Assembly: GCA_963665115.1 (NCBI GenBank)
Contig: OY762007.1
Coordinates: forward strand, 8,000,001 to 8,064,000
DNA length: 64,000 bases
From: an uncultured Rivularia sp.
GTDB lineage: Bacteria; Cyanobacteriota; Cyanobacteriia; Cyanobacteriales; Nostocaceae
Direction: 5' to 3'
Of the stretch, positions 33,880-42,198 are shown one piece after another; within the stretch, counting starts at the first letter, position 1; every line of letters begins with the position of its first letter. The notes under the pieces were generated by a model. That model did no database searches, was not told the DNA's origin, and worked only from the letters and a program-made list of their open reading frames with translations. The position numbers and the translations under genes are program-made.

Positions 33880-35931
33880 TTACCACCCATTACCAATCCC
33901 CAATTCCCCATTCCCAATTACCAATTCCCCATTCCCCATTTCTTCTGCAATCGGTAGCGTAAAATGAAACTCGCTACCTTGATTCTTTCCATTAGATATA
34001 GCCCAAATTTGTCCGCCCAATTTTTGAATTATTTGACGGCAAATCGCTAAACCTAATCCGGTTCCACCTATTGTACGTTGTAAAAAGTTTTCTTCTTGGT
34101 AAAAACGTTGAAAAATTCTTTCTAACTGTACGGCTTCTATTCCTCTACCTGTATCTTTAACTACTATTTCTAATTGATTCGGGAGAAGTTGTTTTTCTGC
34201 TTCGTCTTCGGAATCATTTCGATCGTATATTTGAGCGCTAATCGTAATTTTTCCGTCTGTTGGGGTGAATTTACAAGCATTGTCTAAAAGTTTATAAAAT
34301 ACTTCGATAAGCCCTTCTCTCTCTGCTTGCACTAAAGGCAAATCGGATGGGAAATCTACTATTATCTGTGGTAAATTATCAAATGAATTACGCCTTTTAA
34401 GACTACCTAAAACTAAAGTCAAGCTTTCTTGTAACGAACTTGCTTCGAGTTGCGATCGCACTGTATTAGCTTCGAGCTTTGAAAGCGTGAGAAAATCGCC
34501 AATTAATCTTCCCATACGTTCGGAATCTCCCAATGCAGTATCTAACATTGTCTGCTGGACATCTAAAGGTATATTTTCCTCCAATGCTAAAGTTTCCAAA
34601 CAAATCTGAATGGTAGATAAGGGAGTCCGCAATTCATGTCCTACAATAGCTATTAAATTACTTTGGGTACGTTCCAAATCTGCTAGTCGGCGGTTAAGAT
34701 TTTCTAAGTTACGATAAGCCTGAGCTTGCATTAAAGCAACTGCAACTTGAGTGGCAATCACCTCTACAAAGGTTTGTTCCGAATCATTCCAAATATAAGG
34801 TTGATTGCCACAGTGATGAATTTCTAGAATGCCCAACCAAGTTTCTTGATAACGAATTGGTATTAATAGTAGCGAACGAATTTGCCAGCGTTGAAAATGT
34901 TCGCTCAATTCGGGATCTGCTTGAATACCAAGGTCTTGGGTAGTATCGTTAACGGCGATAACTCTATTTTTTTCTAAAGCATTTTTAAATAAAGAATGAT
35001 TTGCGATTGTCCATTTTTCTCCTTCCATCGAAGCAAATACATCGGCTACCGATTCATAATTAATGGAGGTATCTTCTTCGTTTGGATAACTATAGAATAT
35101 ACTACGGCAAGGACTAAAAACACGACCGAGTTCTCTAACCGTACTAGTAAGAATTTCTTCCGAATTTAAAGAATTACGAACAAAAGCTGTTACCCTATTG
35201 ATTAATCTTTCAAAGGTTTCTTTTTGAAGAATTGTGCGATAGGATTTTAACTGTTTATATTGACTTGATTGTAAATAATTTATCAACCTACCTGTAAAAA
35301 GTCGGGCATCAATTTCTAAAACTTGGTCGTTTGCGATTTGTGGTTGATTATCGGATTCAAGACTGTAACGTTGCTTTGCTATTTTTACTTTTTGTGCTAA
35401 TTGCGGTTGATAATCTAAAATCCGATCTAATAACATTAGAGCCGCTGTTTTACTTACTTCCCGTTCAAATGTCCAAATGCCTTTAAATTGCCTCAACTCG
35501 TCAAAAGATAATCCTTCCACTGGAGCAGAAAATTCTTGACAAACTATACAGGCAGAGTATTTTTTAGCAACAATAACTAAATGCCATTCCTGAGCTAAAA
35601 AATTATCGTTTGGATCGAAGGGAACTACTGTATAAGGATTTGAAGTGGCTACCAAGTCAGAATCCGGTGCAGCCATGACATAAATCTGATCGCTGCGTTT
35701 TGCGATTCTTGCATAGCGACGAGTTTCTTGACGATAAAAACGCTCTCGTTGAAAGTTAGCGATTACAAGCGGTTTCTCGTTTCCTGCTATCACCAAGTCT
35801 TCCATTGCGTGAGAAAGTGCAGTTAAGGAAGCTTTGAAATATACTTGAGGGCGTAAAGATTTATTGGTAAGCAGTAAACTGTGTAATAGGGATTGCTGGG
35901 AAATATTCATTTCTTGAATCGATACATACAC
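33880..35931 (-). CDS. DICT-GAF sensor histidine kinase
   Basis: YFKASLTALSHAMED..FQRERFYRQE (DICT), [34 protein letters not shown]. Confidence 0.9.
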   Translation of the reverse strand: MYVSIQEMNISQQSLLHSLLLTNKSLRPQVYFKASLTALSHAMEDLVIAGNEKPLVIANFQRERFYRQETRRYARIAKRSDQIYVMAAPDSDLVATSNPYTVVPFDPNDNFLAQEWHLVIVAKKYSACIVCQEFSAPVEGLSFDELRQFKGIWTFEREVSKTAALMLLDRILDYQPQLAQKVKIAKQRYSLESDNQPQIANDQVLEIDARLFTGRLINYLQSSQYKQLKSYRTILQKETFERLINRVTAFVRNSLNSEEILTSTVRELGRVFSPCRSIFYSYPNEEDTSINYESVADVFASMEGEKWTIANHSLFKNALEKNRVIAVNDTTQDLGIQADPELSEHFQRWQIRSLLLIPIRYQETWLGILEIHHCGNQPYIWNDSEQTFVEVIATQVAVALMQAQAYRNLENLNRRLADLERTQSNLIAIVGHELRTPLSTIQICLETLALEENIPLDVQQTMLDTALGDSERMGRLIGDFLTLSKLEANTVRSQLEASSLQESLTLVLGSLKRRNSFDNLPQIIVDFPSDLPLVQAEREGLIEVFYKLLDNACKFTPTDGKITISAQIYDRNDSEDEAEKQLLPNQLEIVVKDTGRGIEAVQLERIFQRFYQEENFLQRTIGGTGLGLAICRQIIQKLGGQIWAISNGKNQGSEFHFTLPIAEEMGNGELVIGNGELGIGNGW

Positions 35932-36049
35932 TCACCTCCATCATGCTATTTTCAGCAATAATTAATGAGCAATTTTAAATAATAAATAATAGGAAAGTTG
36001 GTAGTTGATTCGCGACGGGATGAATCTAATTACCTTCCGGAACATTGTT

Positions 36050-36676
36050 TTAAGCAACCTCAAGCATTAAAGGAGATAATTTTCTGTCCCCTATTTTAGC
36101 ATTGCATAACTCTGCTTCATCCAAGCTGACACAACTTAGGTCAGTATCTCTCATGTCTACTCTCGCTAAAATAGCTTTGTTTAAATTAACGTTGTACAAA
36201 TCTGCTTTATTTAAAATTGCTCCTGTTAAATTAGCTCCTGCAAGGTTGGAGTTAGCCAAATTAGCACCGGTTAAATCGGCGTAACGTAAATCCGCACCTG
36301 TTAAATTCGTATTACTGAGATCGGCATAGCGTAAAGAAGCTAAACGCATATCGGCTTTGCTCAAATCGGCTTTGTGCAAATCCGCACTTTCTAAATTTGC
36401 CCGAATTAAACAGGCTTTTCTCAGACAAGACCAAATCAAGAAAGTTTTGCTCAAATTGCTTCTCCACAGAGTTGCTCTTTCCAAATTGGCTTCATTTAGC
36501 GTTGCTCTACGTAACGAAGCTCCTTCTAAGTTAGCACTCGTCAGGTTTGCGCGATTTAAATTAATTCCATTCAAAGAAACCTCACTCAGATTTGCTTGCA
36601 GCAAATTTGCTTCTACAAAATCTCTATTACCTGTGAAATAACTCTCTATCAGTTTATTAATATTCATAAAAAACAC
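36050..36676 (-). CDS. Pentapeptide repeat protein
   Basis: Continuous A(D/N)Lxx repeats. Confidence 0.92.
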   Translation of the reverse strand: MFFMNINKLIESYFTGNRDFVEANLLQANLSEVSLNGINLNRANLTSANLEGASLRRATLNEANLERATLWRSNLSKTFLIWSCLRKACLIRANLESADLHKADLSKADMRLASLRYADLSNTNLTGADLRYADLTGANLANSNLAGANLTGAILNKADLYNVNLNKAILARVDMRDTDLSCVSLDEAELCNAKIGDRKLSPLMLEVA

Positions 36677-37111
36677 ACTAAAAATAATTCGGGACAGGCA
36701 GACTAACTAATTACAGTATCTGTACGAGATTGCTGGAAAATAACATTTCTTAACGACTTCTTAAGAAGAACCCTTCCCAAACCAGAAAGCTATCGCATGA
36801 ATAAAGCGCTCCTAATCTGAGCTAAATACCTAAACATCGGAAAGCTACTTCCAACCTCAGCTTGGATACCTTAGCAGACACTGAAAAAACAGCCGATTAT
36901 CAACCGCAAGTCACCTGCCTCATCTATAAACTTTTATTAACCCTTGTAAATAAAATAAACGTTTTTGTTACGTTTAGTCAACTAGGGTTGACAATTTTTG
37001 TTTTTGAACAGCTATTTACCTACTCCTAACTCCTTATTTGTATTGGCAGCCCGCTGATTTTATTGATGTTCTGTATCAAAATTTGAAGGTAAGCTAATTT
37101 ATTACTGAGAT

Positions 37112-37778
37112 ATGTTAGGCGAAAATTCCCAACCTTTCTCTTTCAAAGGTCAAGACTTAGCAGGTGTAAATTTTGACTATGAAGATTTACTAGGTGTAGA
37201 TTTTACTAATACGAACTTAGAGTCGCTTTTTTACGAAAAGCAAACTTTTACAGAGCGGATTTACATCGAGCTAATTTACAAGTAGCTTACCTCTACAGAG
37301 CCAATCTTCAATCAGCAAAGTTAGTAGGAGTTAATTTAGTAAAAGCTGATTTAAAATTAGCAACCTTTACATCCGCAAACCTACAATTTGCCTATTTATA
37401 TCAAACGGATTTAGAAGTTGCAAACCTAAAATAAGTCAGCTTAGAGAGCGCTCATTTAGCAGGAACAAACCTTTCTAGAGCAAACCTTTAAGAAAGCAAT
37501 TTAAAAGATGCTGACCATTTTTTAATTAAAAATAAAAAATGCAAAATTAAAAATTAAAATATAATTACTTTTAATTTTTAATTAAGGATAGAAGGCTCTT
37601 CTTTTAAGGATAAACAGATTTTCATCATATTCCTTGCTTCAAGCCTCAAACTTTAGATGATGGTAATTTTTCATTGTTTGACTTAGACATTGTAGACCTT
37701 TCCCAAAACAAGAATTTCACACGAGAGCAAATTCAGGAAGCTAAAAATTGGGAACGAGCAAGAAGAGATATTAAGTAA
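37112..37778 (+). pseudogene. Degraded pentapeptide repeat gene
   Basis: ATG 37112 MLGENSQPFSFKGQDLAGVNF..., frameshift near 37225, ANL/ADL repeats with TAA stops near 37432 and 37488, AT-rich interruption, then NFTREQIQEAKNWERARRDIK*. Confidence 0.7.
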
Positions 37779-38073
37779 ACAATTATCAACGAACAATGAA
37801 TCATTTGTTCAGCTAAAAATCAGGCAATATTTTCAATAACTAGGTCTTGTTGCAAATGACAAACCTATCTTTTTCTACAGCGAAATGTTACAATTATTAT
37901 ACAAAGAGTATTTCGACCTATTTCGTAGTATTTACTTGAAAAATGGACAAAGCAGAAGCACTTTTGCGGTGCGAAGCTTAAAAATGTTATAAAAACAAAC
38001 CAAACCTTTGTATAAAGTATAACTGCGGGTTCGACCAAAAAAACATCCATATACAGGGTTTATGCAGAATATT

Positions 38074-38202
38074 TAGAAGATATTCGGAAAGTCTAATTTC
38101 ATGCTTTACATAGCGGTTAATGATTGGAGATGCTGTTCGTTACCACAAAGAAGGCATATAGGAAATATGATATTTGCCTATAGACTTTCCAAACATCCTT
38201 TA
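38074..38202. mobile_element. TA-flanked MITE-like element upstream of the ProA-like gene
   Basis: TAGAAGATATTCGGAAAGTCTA ... TAGACTTTCCAAACATCCTTTA imperfect terminal inverted repeat. Confidence 0.55.
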
Positions 38203-38262
38203 AAATCATCGAAAGCGAAAAAAACCAATCAGTTTCAACACAAGATTAACTGATTAAAAACT

Positions 38263-39546
38263 ATGAATATAACTAAAAACATCGCTCAAACTGCAAAAAA
38301 ATGTGCATCTATTATTGCTAATACTCCAACAGAACAAAAAAATGCAGTTCTGTTGCAAATGGCAAAGCTGTTAGAGACTTATCGCGAAGATATTGTTGCA
38401 GCGAACCAGGCAGATGTAACCGCAGCTAAGAAAAACAATCTTCCAAACAATTTATTAGCTCGCTTGCAATGGTCTGATGCCAAAATTAATTCGAGTATTG
38501 CAGCACTTCATAAAATTGCTAATTTACCAGATCCAGTAGGACAATTATTCGAGCCGATAAGCAGTTCTAACGGATTAAAAGCTTGTCGGATGCGAGTTCC
38601 TTTAGGAGTGATTTTGATGATTTACGAGGCTCGTCCTCATGTCACCGTTAATGCAGGCTCGTTTTGTTTAAAGTCTGGTAATGCTGTGATTTTACGGGGA
38701 GGTTCGGAAGCAAAAACCTGTAATCAAAAATTAGGGGAATTGTGGCAAACTGCATTAAATGATGTTGGTTTACCCACTGAAACGATACAGGTATTAACTG
38801 GCTCCCACGAACAAATTAACGAATTACTACAACTTGATTCCTTTATTGATTTAGTTATTCCCCGAGGTGGCCCCAAGCTAATCGAAACGGTGAGTAAAAA
38901 CTCTCAAATTCCGGTATTAAAACACTATAACGGAATTTGTCATGTCTATATTGATGAAGCAGCCGATTTACATCAAGCATTAGAAATTGCCTTAGATTCA
39001 AAGTGCTTAATGCCATCCGTTTGTAATGCGATGGAAACTCTGTTAGTTCATCGTTCTTTTGAATCTCAACTAAATACAATTGTCAAAGCATTTCAAGATA
39101 ATAACGTAGAAGTCAAAGGTTGCGATCGCGTTCGTCGTGCTGTCCCCGAAGTTGAAGCAGCAACAGAACAAGATTGGCAAACCGAGTACCTCGATCTTAA
39201 GGTATCGATTCGGGTAGTAGAAAATGTAGATGAAGCAATTTCCCATATTAATCAATTTGGTTCGCATCACACCGATTCAATCGTCACCGATAGCCAAAGT
39301 CGGGCCGAACAATTTGTCAATCTAGTTGATTCTGCGGTGGTATTAGTAAACGCTTCGACAATGTTCTGCGACGGAGATACTTTGGGTATGGGGGCTGAAA
39401 TCGGGATTGCTACAGGCAAATTCCACGCTCGCGGACCAATGGGATTACAGGAATTAACCAGTTACAAATTTGTAGTCCGAGGTTCGGGACATACTATGGG
39501 TGGCGATTTCCTTGCTTCTGCTGCTACAACATCTGAAAAGGTTTAA
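38263..39546 (+). CDS. Glutamate-5-semialdehyde dehydrogenase-like (ProA family), divergent
   Basis: RVPLGVI, KSGNAVILRGGSEA, DLVIPRGG, catalytic VCNAMETLLV, GAEIG..HARGPMGL; atypical EARPH, KCLMP and ASTMF. Confidence 0.88.
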   Translation: MNITKNIAQTAKKCASIIANTPTEQKNAVLLQMAKLLETYREDIVAANQADVTAAKKNNLPNNLLARLQWSDAKINSSIAALHKIANLPDPVGQLFEPISSSNGLKACRMRVPLGVILMIYEARPHVTVNAGSFCLKSGNAVILRGGSEAKTCNQKLGELWQTALNDVGLPTETIQVLTGSHEQINELLQLDSFIDLVIPRGGPKLIETVSKNSQIPVLKHYNGICHVYIDEAADLHQALEIALDSKCLMPSVCNAMETLLVHRSFESQLNTIVKAFQDNNVEVKGCDRVRRAVPEVEAATEQDWQTEYLDLKVSIRVVENVDEAISHINQFGSHHTDSIVTDSQSRAEQFVNLVDSAVVLVNASTMFCDGDTLGMGAEIGIATGKFHARGPMGLQELTSYKFVVRGSGHTMGGDFLASAATTSEKV

Positions 39547-39565
39547 CGAGGTAATTGGATAATTA

Positions 39566-40951
39566 ATGGAATCTGTAGCTGCATCGAAAATATACGAATA
39601 TCTTCAGCAAGGACTAGATAAACCCAAATCTTCCGGACAGCGGATTGGGACGGAATTAAAATTTCCCTTAGTGGAACGGAACAATGGATGTGCGGTAGGG
39701 TTAGAAACTGTCAATGCTCTGTGGAAGTATCTGAGCAATCGCGGTTGGGAAGCAATTATAGACCCCATAACGAATGAGGTAGTGGGAGCAAGTAAGCCGG
39801 GAGAATATAACGATACGCTAGCTTCTTGTGAAACGGGATTTTGCAAAATAGAATTTTCTCTAGCTCACGTTGGAGATTTACACGCTCTGACTCGTCAAAT
39901 TGAAGCGCTGTTAGTAGAACTAACCCCTTTTGCTGCCCAGCATCAGGTTAGCTTCCTCGGTTGTGGAATTCATCCAGTATCTGCACCAAGTCCCGAATTG
40001 GTGATTGCTAAACAAAGAACATTGGCTTGGGATACTCTATTTCCAGAAGGAGAAATGGTGAAAAACAAGCCTCGTCCGGGAATGCATTTGTTTACAGTAA
40101 ATTCCGGCTCTCACGTACACTTGAGCGTATCTTCTGCCGAACAAGCCGTAGGAGCAACCAATGTCTTGAACGGTTTTGCTGGAGCGCAAATTGCTCTGAT
40201 GGGGAACTCCAGTGTCTGGCAGGGAAAAGTCGATCCAGACTATCAATGTGTAGCAGAAAAGTTTTGGGATTGGTGGATGCCAGATGAAGCAAGAGTCGGA
40301 CTTCCGAGCAAATCTTTTGTCGATATAGAAGACTATGGAAGTGCGATCGCCAAGTTACGGCCTTTTTATGTAGAGAGGAATCAAGCACCAATTTTAATCA
40401 ACCACTATGCAACTTTTGCTGACTACTACGATTCTTCTCCAGCTGTAGGAAAGCATCTGTCAGGGAAAGAAATAACTATCTATCCCGAATCAAAAGATAT
40501 TAAATTGCACAATTCTTTTTACTGGTTTACCGCTCGCATCTCCCGCTACTTTACCGTCGAAAATCGATTATGCGACCAACAAGCTCCCGGTAATTTAGCC
40601 TCTCCTGCTGCTCTGAGTTTGGGTTTACTCGGTGCTTTACCAGAAGCTCAAGAAGAATTGAGTCAATTTAAATGGTCAACTCTAAAGTCAATGCGACAAA
40701 CAGCGATGAGAGATGGATTAGATGGAGAAGTTGAAGGAATTGCCTTAGCTGATATGGCTCGGCGAATGTTGGAATTAGCACAGTTGGGTTTAGAACGTCG
40801 TAAACTTGGTGAAGAGATTTATTTACAACCTTTAAAACGGCAATTAGCAAGCAAGCAAAACCCAGCTATTGAAGCCAGCAATATATTCAATCAAGATGGG
40901 ATAGAAGCTTTGATTGAAGCTAGAGATATTCTTGTAGGGAGTAGGGAGTAG
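39566..40951 (+). CDS. Glutamate--cysteine ligase-like (GCS2/EgtA-like) ATP-dependent carboxylate ligase, atypical
   Basis: RIGTELKF, CETG..KIEFS, GSHVHLSV, ARIS..TVENRLCDQQ, LERRKLGEEIYLQPL; 19 nt after the ProA-like stop. Confidence 0.75.
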   Translation: MESVAASKIYEYLQQGLDKPKSSGQRIGTELKFPLVERNNGCAVGLETVNALWKYLSNRGWEAIIDPITNEVVGASKPGEYNDTLASCETGFCKIEFSLAHVGDLHALTRQIEALLVELTPFAAQHQVSFLGCGIHPVSAPSPELVIAKQRTLAWDTLFPEGEMVKNKPRPGMHLFTVNSGSHVHLSVSSAEQAVGATNVLNGFAGAQIALMGNSSVWQGKVDPDYQCVAEKFWDWWMPDEARVGLPSKSFVDIEDYGSAIAKLRPFYVERNQAPILINHYATFADYYDSSPAVGKHLSGKEITIYPESKDIKLHNSFYWFTARISRYFTVENRLCDQQAPGNLASPAALSLGLLGALPEAQEELSQFKWSTLKSMRQTAMRDGLDGEVEGIALADMARRMLELAQLGLERRKLGEEIYLQPLKRQLASKQNPAIEASNIFNQDGIEALIEARDILVGSRE

Positions 40952-41072
40952 AGGGGGAAGAGGGGGAAGAGGGGGAGGAGGGGGGAGAATTAATTAATTC
41001 ATAACTTCTAATTCCTAACTCCTAATTCCTAACTCCTAACTCCTAACTTTTAACCTTTGACCTTTGACCTTT
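40935..41072. repeat. STRR and purine-rich repeat tracts (GGGAGTA, GAGGGGGAA, CTAACTC, TTGACCT)
   Basis: Visible tandem units. Confidence 0.75.
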
Positions 41073-41079
41073 AATTCAT

Positions 41080-42081
41080 ATGATTAATGCATTAGCTGCT
41101 TTCAAACCTGGTGGAAAACTAAAGTCTTTTGAGTACAAACCAGGAGATTTAGGGGAGGAAGAAGTTGAAATTAACGTCGAATTTTGCGGGGTTTGTCGCA
41201 GCGATTTAATGTTGCTCGATAACGAGCGGGGAGGAACTGAATATCCTTTGGTTCCGGGACATGAAGTTATTGGTACTATTTCCGCTGTTGGAAATAATGT
41301 TGATAATTTAAAGGTGTCTCAGCGTGTGGGTTTGGGCTGGTATTCCGGCTCATGCATGAATTGCGAATGGTGTCAAGGTGGCAATCACAATTTCTGTCGC
41401 CAAGCAGAACAAACTATTGTTGGTCGTCATGGTGGTTTTGCAGATAAGGTTCGCGCTCATAAAAGTTGGGTGCTTCCTCTTCCCAATGGAGTTGATTCTG
41501 TATCTGCTGGCCCATTATTTTGCGGGGGAATTACTGTTTTTAACCCTATAATTCAGTTTGATATTAAACCCAATCATCGCGTGGGAATTATTGGAATTGG
41601 TGGTTTAGGACATCTTGCAATTCAGTTTTTTCATGCTTGGGGATGTGAAGTGACGGCTTTTTCTAGTAACCCGAATAAGGAAGCCGATGCTAAAGAATTA
41701 GGAGCCGATCATTTTATTAATTCTCGCAATAGCGAAGCAATTCAAGCAGTAGAAGATTCCTTTGATTTGATTGTCTCAACTGTTAACGCCGATCTGGATT
41801 GGAGAGTTTATATTAAAGCTCTACGTCCTTTAGGAAGACTGCATTTTGTGGGAGGAGTACCGAATCCCATTTCATTTCCAGTTTTGCTGTTATTAGATGG
41901 ACAAAAATCCGTTTCTGGAAGTCCAGTTGGTAGCCCAAATACTATTACTCAAATGCTTGATTTTGTCGCAAAGCATCAAATTAAACCTGTTGTAGAAGTA
42001 TTTAAATTTGAGCAAGTGAATGAAGCACTTGATAAATTACGTAATGGTAAAGTTCGGTATCGATTGATTTTGGAACAGTGA
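41080..42081 (+). CDS. Zn-dependent NAD(P)H alcohol dehydrogenase/aldehyde reductase (Ahr/CAD-like)
   Basis: CGVCRSD, PGHEVIG, CxxCxxC..C structural Zn site, PLFCGGITV, GIGGLG. Confidence 0.92.
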   Translation: MINALAAFKPGGKLKSFEYKPGDLGEEEVEINVEFCGVCRSDLMLLDNERGGTEYPLVPGHEVIGTISAVGNNVDNLKVSQRVGLGWYSGSCMNCEWCQGGNHNFCRQAEQTIVGRHGGFADKVRAHKSWVLPLPNGVDSVSAGPLFCGGITVFNPIIQFDIKPNHRVGIIGIGGLGHLAIQFFHAWGCEVTAFSSNPNKEADAKELGADHFINSRNSEAIQAVEDSFDLIVSTVNADLDWRVYIKALRPLGRLHFVGGVPNPISFPVLLLLDGQKSVSGSPVGSPNTITQMLDFVAKHQIKPVVEVFKFEQVNEALDKLRNGKVRYRLILEQ

Positions 42082-42104
42082 ACGGTTATCAGTGAGCAGT
42101 AATT

Positions 42105-42180
42105 CATTAAATATGATGGGTTCGTAGTAGCGCTTCAGCGCATCCGAGTTCCGAATTTGGATGCGCTGAAGCGCTACTAC
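42105..42180. repeat. Cassette-arm remnant plus 22-bp GTAG hairpin between convergent genes
   Basis: CATTAAATATGATGGGTT (as at 57213) followed by GTAGTAGCGCTTCAGCGCATCC...GGATGCGCTGAAGCGCTACTAC. Confidence 0.7.
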
Positions 42181-42198
42181 TAACAATACTGATAACTG

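Noticed and set aside
36977..36992. GTCAAC-N4-GTTGAC palindrome as a specific operator
   Set aside because: Single short palindrome with no second copy seen and no assignable regulator
37841..38075. IS remnant starting TAGGTCTTGTTGCA
   Set aside because: Matching right end is too weak and there is no transposase coding trace
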